DNA of 64,000 bases from an uncultured Chloroflexia bacterium (GTDB lineage: Bacteria > Chloroflexota > Chloroflexia > QHBQ01 > JAICKM01). How positions within the stretch are numbered: position 1 is the stretch's first letter; every line of letters starts with the position of its first letter. The stretch covers positions 891,680-955,679 of the forward strand of contig CAWARZ010000002.1 of NCBI GenBank assembly GCA_963784695.1. The letters are read 5' to 3'. A program made the position numbers and the translations under genes. Below are positions 1-8,978 of the stretch, one piece after another. The notes beneath the pieces were generated by a model. It was not told the origin of the DNA and made no database searches. It was given only the letters and a program-made list of their open reading frames with translations.

Positions 1-350
1 CCATGTTCTCACGGACGACGGCCTCGCTCAGCATCGGCCGCTCCTCGTTGTGGCCCGACGCGTCGCCGACCTGCGCGGTGAGGTCGCCCACGATCAGGAT
101 GGCGCGGTGGCCCAGGCGCTGGAACTCGCGCATCTTGCGCAGTTGGACGGCCCGGCCGATGTGGATGCGCGGGCCCGTGGGGTCGATGCCGAGCTTGACG
201 CGCAATTGGCGTCCCGAGCGCAGCGCGCGCTCCAGGTCGGCCCGCACCTCGATGATTTCGACGCCGCGCTCCAGCACCTCCTGCAACGCGGCCTCGCTCG
301 GCGAAGGCACCGTGGCGGCCGCGGCCGCCGCCTGCTCCTCGACAGTCATG
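1..350 (-). CDS. tyrS: Tyrosyl-tRNA synthetase, type 2 (Thermus-like). N-terminal approx 116 aa only; the gene runs off the window start.
   Basis: Minus-strand translation from ATG at 350..348. It reads MTVEEQ...LQEVLERGVEIIEVRADLERALRSGRQLRVKLGIDPTGPRIHIGRAVQLRKMREFQRLGHRAILIVGDLTAQVGDASGHNEERP, which matches the HIGH-region architecture of T. thermophilus-type TyrRS. RBS AGAGGAGGA 8 nt upstream. The ORF is missing from the track because no stop lies inside the window. Confidence 0.75.
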
Positions 351-408
351 GGTTGGTCCTCCTCTGCTAAAGGCGCGGGTGGTGGGGACGATAGGGTCGC
401 CCAGCGGG

Positions 409-1201
409 TCACCTGCGCGCGGAATTCGCGCGTGATGGGCCGGTCGCGCGGGTCAGGCGCGCCGGCCGGAGGCGCAACGACCAAGTCGGCGGCCAGCGTG
501 GTCGCGTCCAGGCGGAAGAGCGCCAGACTCGCAGGCTGCAGGTCTTGCAGCAGCGCAAACAAATCCTCCGCCGCGGCCAGCACGGCGGCATCGGTGCGGC
601 CGCGGAAGCCGTCGATCGGGAAGACGACCTGCGTTGTCGCCGGGCCGACCCGGCCCACGGCCGCCTGGCGCCAGACCCAGCGGCGCGTGCGGACGGTTGC
701 CGCGTCCATGTAGACCGGCTCGCCCGCGGGCACCGGTTCAAGTGCGCCGTCGTCGCCGGGGAACGGCTCGCCGCCGGATGCGAGGCGCACGGTCAGGTCC
801 CCCTGTTGCACGGCCAGGTCGTGCGCGCCGGCCGGCACGAGATGGCGCAGGGCCACGACGTTGGCCAGGTCGACCAGCGGCCCGATCGCCGGCAGGCGGC
901 CGCCCTTGGCCACGCGCGTCGCCAGCGCCTCCACGCTCGGCGGGTAGCGGTTCGGGTTGATGTCGAACGCGGCAAGCGCGTCACGCCAGACGGCCACGCG
1001 CGGGTCCGCGCGCACGCGCGCGACCGGGCCGCCGGCATGCGGCGGGAGCAGCGTCGGCAGCGCGTCCTGCGCGGCGGCGAGGCGATCCGCCGCCCGGGCG
1101 GCGGCGGTCGCGCCGGGTGGCTCCGCGAAGCGCGCGACCACCAGCGCCACCATGTAGTCGGGCATGCGCGCCAGCAGCGCCTCGTCCAACCGGAACCGCA
1201 T
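409..1201 (-). CDS. B3/4 domain protein (PheT editing-domain homolog, possible trans-editing factor). The 3' end is uncertain: the frame stays open into tyrS, and a +1 frame gives a stop at 409.
   Basis: ATG at 1201..1199, open frame with GC3-rich codons. Motifs PAIGPLVDLANVVALRHLVPAGAHDL are typical of pfam B3_4. There is no stop codon in this frame before the tyrS ATG, while the +1 frame has TGA at 409..411. Confidence 0.55.
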
Positions 1202-1521
1202 CTCCCCGCCTCCCGTCCGGCCGCGCCGGGCATAGCAAAAGACCCTCATCCGCCATGCGCGGACGAGGGCCGATCGGCCTCGTGGTACCACCGGGCTGCG
1301 CCCCGGCGCTCGCGTGCCGGGACCTCTGTGCGTCGGAGACGCGGCGCGGTAACGGGCGCGCCCGTGCCCGCCTACTGCCGGCCGCGGCCGGGTTGGGGGG
1401 GCAAGCTCCGGAGGGTAATTCGCGGCCGGGCGTTGCCGGGCGCTCACACCTGCCGCGCCCTCGCTGTCTGGTTACCGGCCCGCCGCTACTGGGTCTCCAT
1501 CATCGCCGTCGTATGTGCTGT
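1202..1521 (-). promoter_or_regulatory. Putative T-box riboswitch leader, probably Tyr-specific, ending in an intrinsic terminator/antiterminator just upstream of the B3/4-tyrS operon.
   Basis: The minus strand contains GGUGGUACCACGAGG (T-box core AGGGUGGNACCGCG-like; plus 1284..1292 is GGTACCACC). It is followed by the hairpin CCCUCGUCCGC-GCAU-GGCGGAUGAGGG plus UCUUUUGCU (plus approx 1236..1269). GAUGA K-turn-like and ACAUACGA (UAC) segments lie further 5'. Confidence 0.5.
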
Positions 1522-1528
1522 TGGCCTG

Positions 1529-1558
1529 GTTATACCACAACGCCCGGCATCGCGTCAA
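1529..1558 (-). promoter_or_regulatory. Sigma-70-type promoter TTGACG-18-TATAAC driving the T-box leader/B3/4-tyrS operon.
   Basis: Plus 1553..1558 CGTCAA is minus TTGACG; plus 1529..1534 GTTATA is minus TATAAC; the spacer is 18 nt. Confidence 0.5.
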
Positions 1559-1794
1559 TCGGCATCCGGCGGATGGGCGCTCCGCCGGACGGCGGAAGCC
1601 AGGTGGCGCCGCGAACGGGATTCCAGGGAGGCGGGGCACGGCCCTGCCCGCACGCAGGACGGCATGGAAATTGCGCAACCCTTCCCCCGCCGGACCAGTC
1701 CTACCGCGGCGCTGCGCGCCCCTGCCATGCTGGCGACCGGCCCGCCGATGCGCTATACTGGTGCCGGCGAACTCAGCAGAGGAGCAACATACGC

Positions 1795-2202
1795 ATGGGC
1801 ATCCCCACCCACGAAGACGCGAAGGTGCTGTTGGAGCTATTCCGCATGCGCCAGGAGCCCGGCCTGGAAGAGGCCGAGCGCTGGTTCCTGCACCAATATC
1901 AACCCGGCACCTGGGAGGAGATCCAGATCCGCTACCCGGCCGGCTCACCGGACCACGCCCGCATGGAGCGGGTGCTGCGCTACTGGGAGTTCGTCGGCGC
2001 GCTGGTCGACCACGGGCTGCTCAACGAGGATCTGCTGTTCGACGTGCTGCAGGATATGCAGCCGATCTGGCAACGGATTGAGCCGTGGGTGATGCAGGCC
2101 CGCGCCGCGCAGGGCGTCGACACCTGGGAGAACCTGGAGATCCTGGCCGGCTTGCAGCGCCATTGGCAGCAGATGCACCGGCCCAAGTCGCAGCGACTGT
2201 GA
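1795..2202 (+). CDS. Hypothetical protein (135 aa, helical). No confident family assignment.
   Basis: ATG preceded by RBS AGAGGAG and a TATACT -10 box. Codon usage is GC3-rich. The upstream part of ORF 1117..2202 is antisense noise. Confidence 0.6.
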   Translation: MGIPTHEDAKVLLELFRMRQEPGLEEAERWFLHQYQPGTWEEIQIRYPAGSPDHARMERVLRYWEFVGALVDHGLLNEDLLFDVLQDMQPIWQRIEPWVMQARAAQGVDTWENLEILAGLQRHWQQMHRPKSQRL

Positions 2203-2218
2203 GCGGGAGCGGCCGGCT

Positions 2219-2518
2219 ATGAGCGGCGAGCGGGTCATTGGGGAGTTCTCCGACGAGTCGCGCGCCCGGGAGGCGGCCGCGGTGCTCGCCGAGCACGGAT
2301 TTGCCGTCGAAGGCCTCACGGCGCTCGACCCGCCCGACCTTGCACCCAACGAGCCCGAGGCGCCGGCCCCGCTCGGTCGGCCGGGCAACGTCGTCCTCGC
2401 GGTCGCTCCCACCGACCGCCACGAAGAAGCCCGCGCCCTCCTCTGCGCCGCGGGCGCCCTGGAGACCGACTTCAGCCTGACCGGCGACGAAAGGAAACCG
2501 CCGCCGGACAGCCCCTAG
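2219..2518 (+). CDS. Small protein with two YflT/general-stress-17M-like half repeats.
   Basis: ORF from the track. Pattern VIGEF..E.A..AA..L...GF, repeated as VVLAV...EEARALL.AAG. Confidence 0.45.
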   Translation: MSGERVIGEFSDESRAREAAAVLAEHGFAVEGLTALDPPDLAPNEPEAPAPLGRPGNVVLAVAPTDRHEEARALLCAAGALETDFSLTGDERKPPPDSP

Positions 2519-2590
2519 ATTTACGCACCGAAAGGAGGCAATGCCCGCGGCGCCGCGCCAATCCGGCCCGGGTGCCGCGCGCAACAGTCC

Positions 2591-3409
2591 ATGACCCAAT
2601 CCGATCGCCCTACGCCGCCGAGCGGCGCCGCCGGCCCCGCGCCCGCCGCGCCTCCCCTCGAAGTCGTCGGCCCACCGCAGGCGCCCGCCGTCGAAGGCGC
2701 GCCCCCAGGCCCCACGACCGTGCTGCTGGTCGCCGCGCACCCCGACGACCCCGAGTTCAGCTCGGGCGGCACGATCGCCCGCTGGGTGGCCGCGGGGGTC
2801 CACGTGATCTACGTGCTGGTCACGAGCGGCGACAAGGGCACGCCTGACAAGACGATGACCAACGAGCGGCTGGCCGGCATGCGCGAGGAAGAACAGCGCA
2901 AGGCCGCGCTGGAGGCCGGCGTCGAGAACGTCGTCTTCCTGCGCTATCCCGACGGCCTGGTGACGCCCAGCCTGGAGCTCCGCGGCGACATCACGCGCCA
3001 GATCCGGCGCTACCGACCGTACGCGGTCGTGACCCACGACCCGCTCACGCTCTTCCACAACAACCAGTTCATCAATCACCCGGACCACCGCGCCGTCGGC
3101 CAGGCGACGGTCGACGCGATCTACCCCACCGCGCGCGACCCCCTGCAATTCCCCGCGCAAGTCGCCGAGGAAGGCCTGGAGCCGCACAAGGTCAAGGAGA
3201 TCTACCTCTGGGGCTCTGACCAACCGAATGTGGTCAGCGACATCACGACGACGATCGATCAGAAGATCGCGGCGCTCACCCACCACGTCAGCCAGGTCGG
3301 CCCCGCCACGGAGCTTGCAGAGCGCATCCGCCAGCGCGCGGCCGAAGCCGGCGCGCTGGGCGGCGTGCCCTACGGCGAGACCTACCGCCGCGTCGTCATG
3401 CGTAGCTGA
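2591..3409 (+). CDS. PIG-L/LmbE family N-acetylglucosaminyl deacetylase.
   Basis: AHPDDPE motif; HPDH and conserved His/Asp pattern of the LmbE family. The low-complexity N-terminus means the true start may be later. Confidence 0.8.
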   Translation: MTQSDRPTPPSGAAGPAPAAPPLEVVGPPQAPAVEGAPPGPTTVLLVAAHPDDPEFSSGGTIARWVAAGVHVIYVLVTSGDKGTPDKTMTNERLAGMREEEQRKAALEAGVENVVFLRYPDGLVTPSLELRGDITRQIRRYRPYAVVTHDPLTLFHNNQFINHPDHRAVGQATVDAIYPTARDPLQFPAQVAEEGLEPHKVKEIYLWGSDQPNVVSDITTTIDQKIAALTHHVSQVGPATELAERIRQRAAEAGALGGVPYGETYRRVVMRS

Positions 3410-5188
3410 GGCAGCGCCCTGGACGCGGCGCTCCGGGCAGCGATCGTCGCCGATCCGGCGGCCGATGGGCCGCGGCTGGCCGCAGCCGCGGCCCTGACCG
3501 CCGCGGGCGATCCCCTGGGCGCCTATATCGAGGCGGCGGTCGCACTCGCGCGCCTGCCCGCCGCGGCGCCGGACCGCCCGGGCCGGGAGCAGCAGGCTCG
3601 CGACCTGCTCGCGGCCCACGAAGCCGCCTGGCTCGGCCCAGCCGCCGCCTGTCTGCGCGAGCGCACCCTCGACCGCGGCCTCGTATCCGCGCTGCTCCTC
3701 GACCACGGCCCCGTCGACGCGGCTTTGTTCGACTCCCTCGCGACTCGCCCGATCTTCGCCGGCCTCACCGTGCTGCGCATCTCGGGCGTCCGCGGCGGGC
3801 CCGCGGTCGCCGCGGCGCTCGCGGCGAGCCCCCTGCTCGGCCAGTTGGGCGGGCTGGCGCTCGACTGGAGCGAGATCGGTGATGCCGGCGCCACGGCCCT
3901 CGCGGCCACGCCGTACGGCGGGCGACTGCAGTGGCTGGCCCTGCGCACCAACAGCATCGGCGACCCCGGCGCGCTGGCCCTCGCCGCGGCGCCCGCGCTG
4001 GCGGGCCTGCGCCGGCTGGACCTCGGCGGCAATCAGGTCGGAGGCGCCGGGGCCGCCGCGCTGGTCGAATCGCCGCGCCTGCCCCGCCTGGCCGTCCTGA
4101 ACGTGCGCCTCGGGCGCCCGCCCTTCCTCGAATGGGTACCCCGCGCGGATCCCTGTGACGATGTCGCGCCCGGCGGGGCGACCGGACTGGTCTGCTTGAG
4201 CACGGCGGGTGCGCAGATCGGCGACGCCGCACTGGCGCGCATCTTGGCAGCACCGCGCGCCGCGGGCCTGCGTGTGCTCGACCTCTATGCGTCGGAGATC
4301 GGGCCGGACGGCGGCGTGGCCCTCGGCGCTTCACCGCACCTCGGCCACCTGGCGCAACTGGATCTCGGGTCGGGGGAGCGCTACGGCAGCAACCGGCTGG
4401 GCGACGCGGGCGCGGCAGGGCTGGCCGCGTCGCACGCACTGCGCGCGCTGACCATGCTGCGCCTGGGCCGTAATCAGATCGGGCCTACGGGCGCGACTGC
4501 ACTGGCGGGTGCGGCGGCTCTCGGCGCGCTACGGCAACTGGATCTGGCCTACAACCCGATCGGCGACACGGGCGCGGCGGCCCTCGGGCGATCGCCCTAC
4601 CTGCACGGGCTCACGGAGGTCGACCTGCGCTTCGCGGAGATCGGGGATGCGGGGGTGACCACGCTGGCGGCAGGCGGGCTCCTCGGCGAGGCTGCGCGGC
4701 TGCACCTCGACGGCAACCGCATCGGGCTCGCGGGCGCGCGCGCCCTGGCCGGGCTGTCCGCCGGGCGTCTCCTCGCGCTGTGGCTCGGCCGCGACTCCGA
4801 CTGGGACGACGCGGCGAACAACCGCATCGGCGATGACGGCGCCGCCGCACTGGCCGGCAGCCCCGCGCTGGCCGGCGTGGTCGATCTCGACCTGCGCCTG
4901 AACGGCATCGGCGACGCCGGGGTGCGGGCGCTGGCCGCGTCTGCCCACCTGGGCGCCCTGATCGACCTCGACCTGCGGCGCAATCCCCTCTCCATGGCCG
5001 CCGTCGACGCACTCGTCGCCTCGAGCGGCCTGCCGCGGCTGCGGCACCTCGGCCTGAGCAACGCCGTGCCCGATCTCACCCAGGAGGACTTCTACGACTG
5101 GGACGGCTCGCTGGCCTACAGCACCTTCAACCACGATCTGGCCGCGGCCATCGCCACGCGCTTCACCCAACCCGTCGAGGTCTACTGA
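3410..5188 (+). CDS. Leucine-rich-repeat (ribonuclease-inhibitor-like) protein with an N-terminal TIGR02996 repeat-companion domain. No canonical start codon was found.
   Basis: The frame continues straight after the deacetylase TGA (3407..3409): LDAALRAAIVADPAADGPRLAAAAALTAAGDPLGAYIEAAVALARLP...AAHEAAWLGP (TIGR02996-like). Then come more than 15 RNI-type LRRs (IGDAGA.ALA). The track starts it at TTG 3725, which truncates the domain. Confidence 0.7.
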   Translation, partial: GSALDAALRAAIVADPAADGPRLAAAAALTAAGDPLGAYIEAAVALARLPAAAPDRPGREQQARDLLAAHEAAWLGPAAACLRERTLDRGLVSALLLDHGPVDAALFDSLATRPIFAGLTVLRISGVRGGPAVAAALAASPLLGQLGGLALDWSEIGDAGATALAATPYGGRLQWLALRTNSIGDPGALALAAAPALAGLRRLDLGGNQVGGAGAAALVESPRLPRLAVLNVRLGRPPFLEWVPRADPCDDVAPGGATGLVCLSTAGAQIGDAALARILAAPRAAGLRVLDLYASEIGPDGGVALGASPHLGHLAQLDLGSGERYGSNRLGDAGAAGLAASHALRALTMLRLGRNQIGPTGATALAGAAALGALRQLDLAYNPIGDTGAAALGRSPYLHGLTEVDLRFAEIGDAGVTTLAAGGLLGEAARLHLDGNRIGLAGARALAGLSAGRLLALWLGRDSDWDDAANNRIGDDGAAALAGSPALAGVVDLDLRLNGIGDAGVRALAASAHLGALIDLDLRRNPLSMAAVDALVASSGLPRLRHLGLSNAVPDLTQEDFYDWDGSLAYSTFNHDLAAAIATRFTQPVEVY

Positions 5189-5254
5189 TCGGGCCGGAAA
5201 CGCCGAGCCGCCCGGCGGAGGTCCGCCGGGCGGCTGCGTGCAAGCGCACGGGCG

Positions 5255-6067
5255 CTACTTGTTGAGCAGGCTCTTGAGCGCGTAGGCGTTGACCTGCCGG
5301 TTCATCTCGGCGATGCTGTCGGTCAGCGGGATGCCCTTCGGGCAGACGCGCACGCAGTTCTGGTCGTTGCCGCAGTAGGCGATGCCGCCCTCGTCCATAA
5401 GCGCCTCCAGGCGCGGCGCGGCGTTCATCGCGCCGGTCGGGTGGCTGTTGAACAGGCGCACCTGGCTGATCGCGAACGCGCCGATGAACGGCGTGTCGTC
5501 GTTGACGTTCGGGCAAGCTTCCAGGCACGCGCCGCAGGTCATGCAGGTCGAGAGGACGTAGGACTCCTGTCGCTCGTACTCGTTCATCCGTGGGCCGGGG
5601 CCCAGGTCGTAGGTGCCGTCAATGGGCACCCAGGCCTGCACCTTCTTCAGGGTCTCGAACATTTGCTGGCGGTCGACGATCAGGTCGCGGACGACCGGGA
5701 AGGTCTTGCAGGGTGCAAGCGTGATCGGCTGGATCAGGTTCTCGACGAGCGCCGAGCAGGCCTGGCGCACCATGCCGTTGATGAGCATGGTGCAGGCGCC
5801 GCAGACCTCCTCCAGGCAGTTGCTCTCCCAGACGACCGGCGTGGTCGGCTGCCCGGCGGCGTTCACCGGGTTGCGTTGGATCGCCTGCAGGCAGGAGATG
5901 ACGTTCATGCCCTGCCGATAAGGCACGGCAAACTCCTCCCAGTGCTGATTGGCCTGGGCGTGGCCCTTGGGATAGTCCTGGCGCAAGATGCGCAGCCGGA
6001 CGGTCCGCTGAGCGGCGGGAGCCGGGGCGCCGGCGGGGCCGGCGGCCGCGGGGGTGGGGGTAGCCAT
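5255..6067 (-). CDS. sdhB: Succinate dehydrogenase/fumarate reductase iron-sulfur subunit.
   Basis: 2Fe-2S, 4Fe-4S and 3Fe-4S cysteine clusters (CGACTM, CMTCGAC, CVRVCP). RBS GGAGGAG. Confidence 0.9.
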   Translation of the reverse strand: MATPTPAAAGPAGAPAPAAQRTVRLRILRQDYPKGHAQANQHWEEFAVPYRQGMNVISCLQAIQRNPVNAAGQPTTPVVWESNCLEEVCGACTMLINGMVRQACSALVENLIQPITLAPCKTFPVVRDLIVDRQQMFETLKKVQAWVPIDGTYDLGPGPRMNEYERQESYVLSTCMTCGACLEACPNVNDDTPFIGAFAISQVRLFNSHPTGAMNAAPRLEALMDEGGIAYCGNDQNCVRVCPKGIPLTDSIAEMNRQVNAYALKSLLNK

Positions 6068-6071
6068 CGAC

Positions 6072-8010
6072 TTATTTCTCCTCCGTCACGGGGGCGGCCG
6101 CCTCGACGGCGGCGCCGCTGCCGTTCGAGCCCGGGCCATTGCCCTTGCCGCCCGCCACCGCGACCGGCGCCGTCCCCTGGCCGGGAACCGGCACGGGCGC
6201 GACGACGGTGCTGACCGGCGGCGACGGCGCGGCCGCCTCTTGCGCCGGGGCCGGGTGCTTCGCCTTCCCGCTGTAGTCGCGCAGGCGCGGCGGGAGCAGC
6301 GAGACGTCCACCGCCTGATAGCTGAACTCGGGCGGGGCCTCGGGCCCGGCGAAGTGCGCCATGGTTGTCTTCAGCCACTGGGCATCGTTGCGGTCGGGGA
6401 ACTCGGGCTTGTAGTGCGCGCCGCGGCTCTCGTCGCGCTTGAGCGCGCCCAGCGTGATCACGCGGGCGAGGACGAGCATGTTCCACAACTGGCGGCTGAA
6501 GAGCAGCGGCTGGTTGGCCCAGGGGCTCTTGTCGGGCACGCTGATGTTGCGGTAGCGCGCCATGAGCTCCTGGATCTTGACGTCGGTCTCGCGCAGCTTG
6601 TCGTTGTAGCGCACCACGGTCACGTTGTTCGTCATCACGCGGCCGAGCTCGCGGTGGAGCACGTAGGGGTTCTCCTTGCCTGCCGCGCGCTTCAGCCATT
6701 CGTTGTTCTCGCTCTGGCGCTGCACCTCGGCGTCGAACACCGCTCTGCGGCACGGCAGCGGCCGTGCGCGCGGCCTCGCGGGCATACTCGACCGCGTACG
6801 GCCCGGCGACGTAGAGCCCGGCGTAGATGCACGACAGCAGCGAATTGGCCCCGAGGCGGTTCGCCCCGTGGAACTGGTAGTCCACCTCGCCCGCGGCGAA
6901 GAGGCCCGGGATGCTGGTCATGCCGTGCTCGTTGTCGGTCCAGAGCCCGCCCATCGAGTAGTGGACGCCGGGGAAGATGCGCATCGGCACCTTTGCCGGG
7001 TCGTCACCCACGAACTTGCGGTAGATCTCCATGACGCCGCCGAGCTTGATCTCGAGCATATGCGGGTCCAGATGGCTGACGTCGAGGTAGACCTGGTTCT
7101 GGCCGTCGACGCCGAGGCCGAGGTCCACGCAGACGTGGAAGATCTCGCGGGTGGCGATGTCGCGCGGCACCAGGTTGCCGTACTCCGGGTACTTCTCTTC
7201 GAGGAAGTACCAGGGCTTGCCGTCTTTATACGTCCAGATGCGGCCGCCTTCGCCGCGGATCGATTCGGACATCAGGCGCAGCTTGTCCTCGCCGGGGATG
7301 GTCGTCGGGTGCACCTGGACGAACTCGCCGTTGGCGTAGAAGGCGCCCTGCTGATAGACGGAGCCGGCCGCCGTGCCCGTGTTGATCATCGAGTTGGTCG
7401 ACAGCCCGAAGATCAGGCCGGGGCCGCCGGTCGCCAGGATGACGGCATCGGCGGGGAAGGCCCGGATCGCCATGCTCTTCATGTCCTGGGCGACGATGCC
7501 GCGGCAGGCGCCCGAGTCGTCGAGGATGGCGCTGAGGAACTCCCAGTTCTCGTACTTGTGCACCAGGTCGCCCGCTTCCTGGCGGCGCACCTGCTCGTCG
7601 AGCGCGTACAGCAACTGTTGCCCGGTGGTGGCGCCCGCGAAGGCCGTGCGGTGGTGCTTGGTGCCCCCGAAGCGCCGGAAGTCCAAATTCCCCTCGGGCG
7701 TGCGGTTAAACATCACGCCCATGCGGTCGAGCAGGTAGATGATCGAGGGGCCCTTATCGCACATGTCCTTGACGATGGGCTGGTTGGCCAGGAAGTCGCC
7801 GCCGTAAATCGTGTCGTCGAAGTGGATCCAGGGCGTATCGCCCTCGCCCTTCGTATTGACCGCGGCGTTAATGCCGCCCTGGGCGCAGACGGAGTGTGAG
7901 CGGCGGACGGGCACAATCGAGAACAGGTCCACGGGCAGGCCCATCTCGCTGATCTTGATCGTGGAGGCGAGCCCGGCCAGCCCCCCACCCACGACGATAA
8001 TCTTCGGCAT
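6072..8010 (-). CDS. sdhA: Succinate dehydrogenase flavoprotein subunit, split by an apparent +1 frameshift near 6750..6760.
   Basis: N-terminal 5905..8010 frame (GGGLAGL FAD motif ... EYAREAARTAAAVPQS) continues in the 6072..6785 frame (VFDAEVQRQSENNEWLKRA...). A single extra G in CAGAGCGGTGTTC explains the split. Confidence 0.85.
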
Positions 8011-8068
8011 CGTAATACTCCTTTACCGTCCGGCTACCCTGCGGCTACCGTACGGCTACACGGCTACC

Positions 8069-8779
8069 CTACTGCACCGACGACAGGGCGATCGCGGTGA
8101 TGATCGAGACGCCGACCAGGCCCAGGGCCACGGCCACCGCCGTCGACACCCACTGCGAGATGCGCTGGGCGCGCTTGCCCACCGTCACCCCCCAGGTGAT
8201 CAGGAAGGCCCAGAGGCCGTTGCCCAGGTGATAGCTCACGCTGAGGATGCCCGCGACGTAGAAGGCGAAGATGAACGGATTGCGCAGATGGCCCACCATG
8301 TCGGCGAAGGTGGCCGGCCGATCGGCGAACGCCCCGAAGCGCAAGACCAGCACATGATACGTGATGAAGAGCACCAGGATTATGCCGCTGATCCGCTGCC
8401 ACATGAACAGGCGATTACGGGTGTAGCTGTAGTTCGTGGTGTTGTAGCGGCTGTACGAGGCGATAAACAGCCCATACAGCGCGTGGTAGAGCAGGGGCAG
8501 GAAGATCAGGCCGATCTCGATGAAAATGAGCAGTTGCAGGTTGCGCGCGTGCCCGGCCATCTCGTCGTACGCGGCCGGGTTCAGCAGCGCCGTCGCGTTT
8601 TCCCAGAAGTGGTAGATAATAAAGCCGCCTATGGGAACAATCCCGGTGAGGGAATGCAGGCGGCGGAGCCAGAAGTGGTTGCGCTCGATCCACGTGCGGG
8701 GCGCCGTTTGGGCCGACGACCCCGTCGCGATCTCCGCCGGCACCGCGGCGGTGCGCGCCGGCTGTTGAACCGTTGCCAT
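8069..8779 (-). CDS. sdhC: Succinate dehydrogenase cytochrome b558 membrane subunit.
   Basis: Five TM helices, His ligands; directly upstream of sdhA. The start was chosen at MATVQQP with RBS GAGGCA. Confidence 0.75.
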   Translation of the reverse strand: MATVQQPARTAAVPAEIATGSSAQTAPRTWIERNHFWLRRLHSLTGIVPIGGFIIYHFWENATALLNPAAYDEMAGHARNLQLLIFIEIGLIFLPLLYHALYGLFIASYSRYNTTNYSYTRNRLFMWQRISGIILVLFITYHVLVLRFGAFADRPATFADMVGHLRNPFIFAFYVAGILSVSYHLGNGLWAFLITWGVTVGKRAQRISQWVSTAVAVALGLVGVSIITAIALSSVQ

Positions 8780-8978
8780 TCGCATGCCTCCCAGCATGAT
8801 GCCCGGACGGGCCGTGCGCCCGGACGGTCTCACCATCCGGGCACCTGTGGGGACCGACGCTGGTCCATCAGGCCAATCCGGGGCTACCACAGAATAATCT
8901 GCTGTGATTGTACATCCAAGTGCGCAAATCTGTCCATGCAGCGCGAGATCCGGCAGGCAGGGCCCACGCCGTCCCGCG

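Noticed and set aside
545-2092. 515-aa and 361-aa plus-strand ORFs (545..2092, 1117..2202) and 3..713
   Set aside because: They are antisense to or overlap the verified B3/4-tyrS frame and the T-box leader. Arg/Ala/Pro-rich low-complexity translation is typical of GC-rich antisense frames. Only the last 135 codons of 1117..2202 are coding.
5905-8010. Continuous 701-aa reading of sdhA
   Set aside because: The C-terminal approx 250 residues of this frame are nonsense (Arg/Gly/Pro-rich). The true C-terminus is in the 6072..6785 frame after a +1 shift.
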